Below are positions 53,246 through 64,000 of a stretch of 64,000 bases of DNA, in pieces; the stretch's first letter is position 1; each line of letters starts with the position of its first letter. Under the pieces are notes generated by a model that was not told the origin of the DNA, ran no database searches, and saw nothing but the letters and a program-made list of their open reading frames with translations. A program made the translations under genes and the position numbers. The stretch comes from Octopus sinensis (taxonomy: Eukaryota), in assembly GCF_006345805.1 (NCBI RefSeq), contig NC_042999.1:155434001-155498000 (forward strand), read 5' to 3'.

Positions 53246-54060
53246 GTATACCCTGTTCTCACCATCTACACCGGATACGCCTTACTCATCTACACCGGGT
53301 ACGCCCTACTCCCTCCCCCCCCCCCACTACCCCTTCTCCTCATATGCTTTCACTGTGAAAAGACAAGCTGCTAGCGCCATAGCTCATCAACTGCCCACCG
53401 ATCTTACGCTTCCTCCTGACACTGCCTCATTCCGACCATCCCCTTTAGTACCCTCCCGCCTCGTAATATCCTACGTTTTTATTTCTTAGGAACCTTCACC
53501 AACCCCTTCCTGCCATCGTTTCCTCCTTACCCCAACCTTCCCCACTGGTTGCTCCCCTATATTACCCGCCTCAACTGGACCCCCCCCTCCCAACTCAACT
53601 CTAGAATATCTGTATTTCTTTCCTCTACCTAATTACGTTACTCAGTGACGATAAATGCTGTGACTACAAAGACCCGGGCTGCTTTCTGCAGCAATTCCAC
53701 ATACCCCTACCCATTCTAAGTACCCCGGATCCCCAAAGTACCCTGGATCCCCAAAGTACCCCGATCCCAAAGTACCCCGATCCCCAAGTAACCCCGGACC
53801 TCGTTGCCCCCGTGCCGCTGACACGTTAAAATGCTCGAACCGATCGTGACGATGCCGGACCCTCCGGCCCCTGTGCAGGTGGCACGTAAAAAGCACCCAA
53901 TCCACTCACGGAGTGGTTGGCGTTAGGAAGGGCATCCAGCCGTAGAAACTCTGCCAGATTCAGACTGGAGCCTGGTGCGGCCCCTGGCTTCCCAGACCCG
54001 GTCAAACCGTCCAACCCGTGCTAGCGCGGAAAGCGGACGTTAAACGATGATGATGATGAT

Positions 54061-54500
54061 GTATGTACGAACAGCCATGTGACATGGCAGTGAAACTCGG
54101 GCTGTGACTGTTGAGGACATGCGTAAGCTCACAAAGAATGAAGCCAGTATGCTCCTATGGATGTGTAATGTCAGTGTGCATACTCGACAGAGTGTAAGTA
54201 CCTTGAGAGAAAAGTTGGATCTAAGAAGCATCAGTTGTGGTGTGCAAGAGAGAGACGATTGTGCTGGTATGGTCATGTGGCGAGAAGGATGAGGATAGCA
54301 GTGTGAAAAAGTGCCACACCCTAGTGGTTGAGGGAACCTGTGGAAGAGGTAGACCCAAGAAGACCTGGTATGAGGTGGTAAAGCACGACCTTCAAACATT
54401 AGGCCTCACCGAGGCAATGACTAGTGACTGAGACCTTTGGAAATATGCTGTGCGTGAGAAGACCTGGCAAGACAAGTGAGACCATAACCCGTGGCCTTTA
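54061..54500 (+). mobile_element. RTE-clade LINE ORF2 C-terminal fragment (second copy at 56561-57000)
   Basis: HGSETRAVTVED...LREKLDLRSI...RRLCWYGHVARM...GRGRPKKTW. Confidence 0.85.
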
Positions 54501-54534
54501 CCAGAGGTGTAGCCAGCCCACTTATATATCTATT

Positions 54535-54612
<78 letters not shown>

Positions 54613-54879
54613 TTACATAAATTCCCAATTCAACTTACTTTCTTCTTCAATTTCAACTCTCGATCGATGCCCGCAGCAAGTTCTTAAAAATTTATCTTAC
54701 TATTTTTATTCGTTGTTACTACGTTTATTCATACATTGTTATGAAAATTTAACCTTTTTAGGCTACTTTCAAGCCTTCGCCATAACTTGATTTATCTTTC
54801 CTATCTCTCTCTCTACAAAATTTAACCTTAGGCTACCTCAAGCCGTAATCCCATCTCTTCCCATCTTTCCGCCATTGGC

Positions 54880-55765
54880 GGTGCCCCGCCCCCCCCCCCC
54901 ACCCCCAGCACCAATACCGATGAACCCGCCCCCCCACCCCCAGCACCAATACCGATGAACCCGCCCCCCCGCCCCCCACCACCCCCAGCACCAATACCGA
55001 TGAACCCGCCCCCCCACCCCCAGCACCAATACCGATGAACCGCCCCCCCCCACCCCCAGCACAATACCGATGAACCCGCCCCCCACCCCCAGCACCAATA
55101 CCGATGAACCCGCCCCCCCCACCCCCAGCACCAATACCGATGAACCCGCCCCCCACCCCCAGCACCAATACCGATGAACCCGCCCCCCACCCCCAGCACC
55201 AATACCGATGAACCCGCCCCTCCACCCCCAGCACCAATACCGATGAACCCGCCCCCCCCCCACCCCCAGCACCAATACCGATGAACCCGCCCCCCCCCCC
55301 CCCAGCACCAATACGATGAACCCGCCCCCCACCCCCAGCACCAATACCGATGAACCCGCCCCCCACCCCCAGCACCAATACCGATGAACCCCCCCACCCC
55401 CAGCACCAATACCGATGAACCCGCCCCCCCCCACCCCCACCACCAATACCGATGAACCCGCCCCCCCACCCCCACCACCAATACCGATGAACCCGCCCCC
55501 CCCCACCCCCACCACCAATACCGATGAACCCGCCCCCCACCCCCACCACACCAATACCGATGAACCCGCCCCCCCACCCCCAGCACCAATACCGATGAAC
55601 CCGCCCCCCACCCCCACCACCAATACCGATGAACCGGCCCCCACCCCCACCACCAATACCGATGAACACTGTTCTCACCCCCCACCACCAATACCGGTGA
55701 ACTCTGTTCTCACCACCACCACCACCAATACCGGTGAACACTGTTCTCACCCCCCACCAATACCA
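54880..55765. repeat. Same ~34-bp minisatellite (copy 2)
   Basis: Same unit and a similar order of variants as copy 1. Confidence 0.95.
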
Positions 55766-57031
55766 GTATACCCTGTTCTCACCATCTACACCGGATACGC
55801 CTTACTCATCTACACCGGGTACGCCCTACTCCCTCCCCCTCCCCCCACTACCCCTTCTCCTCATATGCTTTCACTGTGAAAAGACAAGCTGCTAGCGCCA
55901 TAGCTCATCAACTGCCCACCGATCTTACGCTTCCTCCTGACACTGCCTCATTCCGACCATCCCCTTTAGTACCCTCCCGCCTCGTAATATCCTACGTTTT
56001 TATTTCTTAGGAACCTTCACCAACCCCTTCCTGCCATCGTTCCTCCTTACCCCAACCTTCCCCACTGGTTGCTCCCCTATATTACCCGCCTCAACTGGAC
56101 CCCCCCCTCCCCAACTCAACTCTAGAATATCTGTATTTCTTTCCTCTACCTAATTACGTTACTCAGTGACGATAAATGCTGTGACTACAAAGACACGGGC
56201 TGCTTTCTGCAGCAATTCCACATACCCCTACCCATTCTAAGTACCCCGGATCCCCAAAGTACCCTGGATCCCCAAAGTACCCCGATCCCAAAGTACCCGG
56301 ACCTCGTTGCCCCCGTGCCGCTGACACGTTAAAATGCTCGAACCGATCGTGACGATGCCGGACCCTCCGGCCCCTGTGCAGGTGGCACGTAAAAAGCACC
56401 CAATCCACTCACGGAGTGGTTGGCGTTAGGAAGGGCATCCAGCCGTAGAAACTCTGCCAGATTCAGACTGGAGCCTGGTGCGGCCCCTGGCTTCCCAGAC
56501 CGGTCAAACCGTCCAACCCGTGCTAGGCGGAAAGCGACGTTAAACGATGATGATGATGATGTATGTACGAACAGCCATGTGACATGGCAGTGAAACTCGG
56601 GCTGTGACTGTTGAGGACATGCGTAAGCTCACAAAGAATGAAGCCAGTATGCTCCTATGGATGTGTAATGTCAGTGTGCATACTCGACAGAGTGTAAGTA
56701 CCTTGAGAGAAAAGTTGGATCTAAGAAGCATCAGTTGTGGTGTGCAAGAGAGAGACGATTGTGCTGGTATGGTCATGTGGCGAGAATGGATGAGGATAGC
56801 AGTGTGAAAAAGTGCCACACCCTAGTGGTTGAGGGAACCTGTGGAAGAGGTAGACCCAAGAAGACCTGGTATGAGGTGGTAAAGCACGACCTTCAAACAT
56901 TAGGCCTCACCGAGGCAATGACTAGTGACTGAGACCTTTGGAAATATGCTGTGCGTGAGAAGACCTGGCAAGACAAGTGAGACCATAACCCGTGGCCTTT
57001 ACCAGAGGTGTAGCCAGCCCACTTATATATC

Positions 57032-57088
<57 letters not shown>

Positions 57089-57092
<4 letters not shown>

Positions 57093-57358
57093 TGTAAATA
57101 ATAATAATGCTATTTTTTAAATAAGCTTAAAGCTTGTGGCAATCACCATGCAATGACCAAGGAAAGCAATCTAATAACAAGGCATATAAGCCCTCGACAG
57201 AAAAAAGAAGGCTTCCATATAACATACGGATAGGAAAACCTTTTTTCGGTCGAGGGCTTATATTCCCGGTTATTAGACTATTTTCCTTAGTCATTGCATG
57301 GTGATTGCCATAAGCGTTAAGCTTATATAAAAAATACCATTATTATTATTTACAGGAT
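57089..57358. repeat. 270-bp fold-back element
   Basis: atcctgtaaataataataatg/cattattattatttacaggat; caatcaccatgcaatgac/gtcattgcatggtgattg; ataagccctcgac/gtcgagggcttat. Confidence 0.9.
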
Positions 57359-58058
57359 TTGTTTCCCAGCCACATAGTTATAGTTTCAATCCCACTGTGT
57401 GGTACCTTGAGCAAGTATCTCCTATTATACATTTTGGCAGAGCAAAGCCTTGTTAGTGGATGAGATAGATGGGACTGAAAGGAGCCCATCATATATGTCT
57501 TTGTGTATGTGTTTGTCCCCTAACACTGCTTGACAACTAGTGTTGGTTTGTTTACATCCCTGTAAAATAACAGTTCAACAGAACAGCTCGATAGGGGTTA
57601 ATCCATTTGGGGTTAATTCATTTGACTAAAAATGTTTCAAGGTGGTGCCCCAGTATGGCCACAATCAAATGACTGAAACAAGTAAAAGTTAAAAGATTTA
57701 TAGATGTGGGTTGAACAAAGATACCAGCCAACACCTCCCAGCCCTGACAACCCATGCCACGAACATTAGATGATGATGATGGTGATATATGTATGTATTA
57801 TATGTATACGCACACACACACACATATGCATATATATATGTGTATATATTGTATATATTTATATATAGATGTACACTTTGCTGTGGAATCTCTAAAGAAT
57901 TGTGTTAACAAACCCCTCCCTCTGCTATCATATTGCTTCCTTCCTTAAAGACAAAAGAAATGTTCTTCCTAAGAGATTTCACCATTTCTTTTGTTCTCAA
58001 TCAAAATCACATTGCCTAGATGCATATTTTCTTACAACACACACACATGTATATATAC

Positions 58059-58122
<64 letters not shown>

Positions 58123-58399
58123 ATATATATACACATACATAAACACACATATATATGCACACATACTCACACCTACACACACATACATATATGTGTTTAT
58201 ATATGTATATCTATATATATCCTTTAAGTTTGTTTACAGGAAATGTTTTTGAGTGAGCATATAAAAGCTTCTATTTTATCATGCCAGCCACAGCCTAATG
58301 ATACCAGCCAGCATTAACAGTCAGTTTCATGGGTTTGTACTGAGTTGTGCTGATATAATGTAGGATAAATATAGTAATAATAATAATATAATAATAATG

Positions 58400-58472
<73 letters not shown>

Positions 58473-58569
58473 TGATAATAATAATAATAATAATAATACG
58501 GCGAGAAATGGAAGAAAATTTGAAGAAAGAAGGAAAAAAAAAATAATAATAATTATAATAATAACAAGA

Positions 58570-58918
58570 GCACTCAGAGAGCACAAACCTTCACCAAGGC
58601 AACACCAACATCCTCTCAATGATTAGCCGGAGATGATTTTTTAAAAAGAGAATATCTAAAATAAACTCGACTGCTCTCACAAAGGAGAATACTAAAAATG
58701 CTCTCAAAAATCAAGTAAAAAAATCGGAAAAATAATCCAGAATTCTTGTCTAGTACTGGATCAATCCCCAAATCTAATAAGTTTGTGCCAGTCTTGAGGC
58801 CAAACATCCCTGAAAGTTTCATCCGAATCCATCCAGCAGTTCTTGAGATATCTTGTCCACAAACAAACAAAGAAACAAACATGACTGGAAACAATACCTC
58901 CACCTTCACTAAGGTGGA
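58570..58918. mobile_element. Helentron-associated (HINE-like) non-autonomous element
   Basis: Ends acactcagagagcacaaaccttcaccaagg and aaacaatacctccaccttcactaaggtggag; resemblance recalled, not searched. Confidence 0.5.
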
Positions 58919-59369
58919 GATAATAATAATAATGATAATAATAATCCATAGATTGAACTTATAACTATTTTAATGCATTACTATGCGCATTTCCACAAAT
59001 CACATGATTCTTATGATCATAGTCCATATTCCTGGCATGATTACAGTATAGTCCATAATACCCATGGACATCAGGTGGATCACAGTTCATGTGTTCATTT
59101 TCTCAGGTCATATGGCATTTACATTGGAAGCAGCAAAGGTATAACTGAAGAATGTTTATCAGTTTCCACCAATGTAAAGATTGACTGGGGCATGTGGGCC
59201 ATCCTGTGTGTATTTGGTGGGGAGGAGTAGAAAGCGATGGAAAGAGAGAAAGGAATGGTAATTTAAAGGGGAGGGAGGAGTATGTGGTAGTGTTAGACTT
59301 TTTTGATATTTGTATATGTATTCCAACACACACATACACCATAATCGATAATATGGCCCATGGAAGGGA

Positions 59370-60334
59370 CCTTTATATCTACTTCATATAACTAAATTTT
59401 TTAAACATCCAAGGGAAATAACCCATAGCACCTGTACAATATTTTTTAAACGCTCAAGGAAAATAACCCAATTCATTGTTTATGTTCGATTTTTTGTGTG
59501 TCCTATTTCTAATTTTTGCAGACAATATTACTTTTATACTTTGACATGTAAGTAGAACTCATGTCTGGAAACTTCGTGACATACTTAGATTGTTTAAAAG
59601 AAAAAATCAATAATAGGGCCCTTCCAATGGATCCTTCTATCTACTATATATTGCTAATATTTTATTTAAACAACCCAAGGGAAATAACCCATACCACCTG
59701 CAGATTTTAGCGAAGCTATCAATATTCTGCATTCCATTACTCAGTTTCGAACTACTAAACATTATTATTGCACTTCCTTAATTTGAATCTTAAACATTAA
59801 AGACTTCATTCATACATTTCTATACATACATACTTTTTTGAATGTCCATTACTCTGGTAATTCTGCATTTTTACAGTTATATTTTTTCCATGATAGTAGA
59901 TAAATTTTTTATTCCACAACATATTTATCGTGGCTTCATGCAGGCATAGCGTGGATTCGATCCTCGATTGCTAAATTTCACTTAACACTTCAACAACGCT
60001 TTTACTCACAGTAAAACAATAGTTTTTATGGGAATTATAGCAGTTATACATTTCTCAGATGCCTTCGCTAAGCAGAATGATGTCTTTGTCTCTTGCCAAC
60101 CTTCAACAACCTCGCTCACCAACCTCTGACTATCTTTCTCGCCAACCTCCGCAAACCTCTCTCACCAACCTCCAACAATCTCTCCCTCCTCCAGCTGACA
60201 GTTTTTTGCACTTTTTCCTGATGGAAAATACACCTTTTGTGGCAGTTATAACGAAATTGCTTTCTTATATCAGAATAATAAGGCATGTCAATAGAGCATC
60301 TTTACTCCCAGGAATTACCGGGTACACCTGCTAG
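59370..60334 (+). mobile_element. Helitron-like element with duplicated 5' segment
   Basis: 3' hairpin cccaggaattaccggg, then CTAG|T at 60331-60335; direct repeat aaacatccaagggaaataacccat at ~59403 and ~59667. Confidence 0.55.
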
Positions 60335-60379
60335 TACATATATATATATATATTTATATGTATATATATATGTATAAAC

Positions 60380-60467
<88 letters not shown>

Positions 60468-61283
60468 ACATACATACACACACACACATATATATATATA
60501 TACACACATATAAACATATATACATACATATATATATATATATGCATACATATATATATATATACACGCATAAACCCACACACATTTATATATGCATGTA
60601 AGTTATTTCATGCTTACATATTACTGACATACTTTTAGTTAATAAATAAGTAAAACAGAGGAAGAAAACTCTAAATGGCAAGTAAAAGAAGTCATAATGG
60701 AGAAAAATCTTTGATGTGTGGGCATTTATTTGTGTTTCATTCAAGACAAACAAAGCTCAGTTTTGGAAGTCAGTAGTTTTTACTTAAGATCAGACACCCA
60801 GTAATGCAGAGGACAAGTTCAGCTAAACTAAGTGCTCCAGTAGTATCGTTTGTGAGTCATTGTTTAAGAGTATGAGAGACATATCTGTTGTTATAATTTT
60901 AAAAAACACAGCTGTGTCTCATTGTTACAACATTTCTGAAATGACAGGGGTTTTTTTGTTTTTTTTAAAGTGTGAGCATCAAAAGATTTATCAATTTGTG
61001 GAGGAGTGACGAGAATTGACACCATTCTTGCCCTCACCTTCACTACTGATATTTTCAGAAAATTGAGAACAAAGAATATTTTAACCCTTTTGGTACTGTA
61101 TTTCCATTGAAATTCACTGCATATGATTTAATTAATTTTGATAATCAAGATTTGGAAGGATTTAGTAATATTAATGTTTCTCGTTAATATTATTGTTAAG
61201 GCTGTGAACTGGCAAAACCATTAGCACATCCGACGAATAGCTTAGCAGCATTTCCTATTCTTTACATTCTAAGTTCAAATACC

Positions 61284-61511
61284 TATTTCTTTACTACCCA
61301 CAAGGGGCTAAACACAGAGGGGACAAACAAGGACAAACAGATTAAGTCGATTACATCAACCCCATTGTGCAACTGGTACTTACATAATCGACCCCAAAAG
61401 GATGAAAGGCAAAGTCGACCTCGGCAGAATTTGAACTCAGAACATAGCTGCAGATGAAATACCACTAAGCATTTCACCTGGCGTGCTAATGTTTCTGCCG
61501 GCTCACTACCT
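61284..61511 (-). mobile_element. S2 SINE nested in another S2 SINE
   Basis: 14-bp TSD taagttcaaatacc at 61270-61283 and 61512-61525. Confidence 0.85.
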
Positions 61512-61682
61512 TAAGTTCAAATACCACTGAGATCAGCTTTGCCTTTCAGCTTTTCAGGGTTGATAAAATAAAAAGCACTGGTTTTAATATACCCAACTAG
61601 ACTGCTTCCCCTAAATTTTTGAAAGAATTATGAAATTAGTGTAGCATGGCGAGCTGGCAGAATCATCAGAACATTAGAAGAA

Positions 61683-61846
61683 ATTTTGTTGTGTCTGGGG
61701 AGAACCTCTCTCTATTAGTGCCTTATTATTTAACACACTCACCAGTAAAGTTTCCACTCATTTACTTATTATTTATGAATGGAAACGTTACCAGTGAGTG
61801 TGTTAAATAACTAAAAGAGAATGACTCTCCCCAGACACAACAAAAT
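61683..61846. repeat. 164-bp fold-back element
   Basis: attttgttgtgtctggggaga/tctccccagacacaacaaaat; ttatttaacacactcac/gtgagtgtgttaaataa. Confidence 0.9.
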
Positions 61847-64000
61847 ATGCTTCGACACACAAATTCGCATAAAGAATCTTGCAAACCAAATCGAAAAATG
61901 AAATAAGAAGAAATGCTGTGCATTAAAGCGTAGGAGTGGCTGTGTGGTAAGTAGCTTGCTTACCAGCCACATGGGTCCGGGTTCAGTCCCACTGCATGGC
62001 ACCTTGGGCAAGACACACACACACACATGTATGTATATATACATATATATGACGGGCTTTTTTTCAGTTTCCATCTACCAAATCCACTCACAAGGCTTTG
62101 GTCGGCCCGAGGCTATAGTAGAAGACACTTGCCCAAGGTGCCATGTAGTGGGACTGAACCCAGAACCATGTGGTTCATAAGCAAGCTACTTACCACACAG
62201 CCACTCCTGATGATGATGATGATGATGATGATGTAATCAATTATTCTCCTGGCTTTGTATCTAAATTAATAACCATTATTAAGCTGGTGTGGAGCATTGA
62301 GAAATACACAATGCTTTGAAGTATTTGATTCGGCTTTTTAATTTTTAGGTTCAAATCCCACAATGGTCAGCTTTGCCTTACATCCCGTTGGGCTGGGGGA
62401 GGATAAAATAAAAAGCCAGTCATGTACTGAGGTTAATGCAAATGACTAAAATCCTCCCCTCAAAATTTCTGGCCCTGTGTCTAAACCAGAAGCCATTATT
62501 AAGCTGGTGTTTTGCTGGCTTGAACAGAGATAAGAAGACATCACCAATGATCTTTGCCAGAGAGGAATAGGGAGGAATAGAGCATATTAGTTAAGGGACC
62601 CGAATTGATCCGGTTGTGATTATTTAAACCAAAACCCTGGTGCAAACAAATGCAACAGAATGGATTCTGTTAAAGGTAACCAAAGACCAAGTGATGATGC
62701 TAACCAAATCAACAGAGTGAATTTTCTCCACAAGGATACATAAATCCTATGGGTTTCACTTTCATATAGGCCACATCATTCAGATTTCACTATCAAGGTT
62801 TGGCTTCCTACCAAACTTTAGTAGAAGGCCTGTCCCAAGATGCTGCATTGCAATGTTAAACCTGAAACATAAAATTATAATGGTAGGCTGTTCTACATGG
62901 CATAAAAGCTTTAATAGCAACAGACACACATGTTACAAATAGAATCTGAAAGTGGAAGACTTTTTTCAAGTTTTCTACAGTCCAACAATGGAGTTTTTTT
63001 CATGTTTGTTTCTTTGTTAGAAACTACTTCTTTCTTTACAGGAAGACTTCAAATAATTGAAAAAAGAAGACACTAGAACTTTATCTGTTGCTACACTGCC
63101 AGTAAAAATCATCATCACCACCACCATCATCATCATCGTTTAACGTCCGTTTTCCATGCTAGCATGGGTTGGATGGTTTGATTGGGGTCTGGGAAGCCAG
63201 GAGGCTGCACCAGGCTCCAGTCTGATCTGGCAGTGTTTCTACAGCTGGAGGCCCTTCCTAATGCCAACCACTCCAAGAGTGTAGTGGGTGCTTTTTATAG
63301 AGGCCAGAGGAGGCTGGCAAATGGCCATGATCGGTTGGTACTTTTTACATGTCACTGACACAGACACCTGTCAGGTGTCGCTATGCATGTATCTTCTTTT
63401 AATAGTAGAATGCTATATAGTGAAAGTCTTGGTAGTTACTATCAATCTTTCACGTACACACTCTCTTCCTCACTGAATTTCTCTCTCAACAGCAAAAATC
63501 TGTCGTTATAGTGAAAGTCTTTTCTTTAAGTCTGTGTTACGTTGTCTCTACATTGAAGAGCATACAGAAACATATAGACACACAGAAATACACATATACA
63601 TAAACAACCAAAAACATAACTATTTATATTGTTACATAGTGAAAGTTTTTTTCTTTTGAAGTCCTTGTTGCATTGTGTTGACAGACTTGCACTTAAAATT
63701 TCTGCAGTTTAAATCAAAATTGTGTTAGTTATTATGGTGACAACACTACTTATCTATCTTCAACACACACTCTCTTTATCTCACTGTACTTCTTCAACAA
63801 CAACAACCTTTTTACCTCCCTTTCTCATCATCAGTAACGATCCCACTAGAATGGTGTTTTTTATGTGCCACCGGCACGGAGGCCAGATAGCTACTCTGGC
63901 AACAGTCACGCTCGAATGGTGCTCTTCTTGGATGGTACTCTTACTCAGATGTTGCTCTTAGGGGTTATCTCCACTGTTGATTCCTCCCTTTCTCCCCTCC

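Larger units (their letters stand above)
52071..57090. repeat. Tandem duplication of a ~2.5-kb unit (52071-54604 and 54605-57090)
   Basis: Near-identical copies with breakpoints in (TA)n runs; anchor offsets are 2534 and 2501 bp. Confidence 0.95.

Noticed and set aside
52293-55879. Gly-rich and Pro-rich ORFs of 270-315 aa, tempting as polyglycine substrates for the polyglycine-hydrolase-like gene
   Set aside because: All three minus-strand frames are open because the minisatellite lacks stops; frames switch with C-run length; no splice or codon signature. The link is coincidental.

Overview
AT-rich eukaryotic genomic DNA, dense in microsatellites and interspersed repeats. The SINE, RTE and microsatellite families look like those of octopus (coleoid cephalopod) genomes; this is inferred from recalled repeat sequences, not from a database search. 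Only one protein-coding region is convincing: a ~2 kb uninterrupted exon (27238-29246, +). It encodes a serine beta-lactamase/PBP-fold domain followed by five ~50-aa repeats resembling the bacterial/fungal polyglycine-hydrolase-type repeat (BTRD1). The SxxK serine and both YxN residues are substituted, suggesting a pseudoenzyme. Its 5' exon(s) are not identified; a candidate promoter lies near 7.56 kb, where CpG content in repeats appears to drop. The rest is transposon-derived: three tRNA-type SINE families, many RTE 3' ends, restriction-like-endonuclease (R4/Dong-like) LINE fragments, Penelope-like relics with decayed hammerhead ribozyme motifs, MITEs, Helitron-like ends and several fold-back elements. 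A ~2.5 kb tandem duplication (52-57 kb) carries a G-quadruplex-prone ~34-bp minisatellite. Almost all short ORFs in the supplied track are microsatellite or repeat artefacts.
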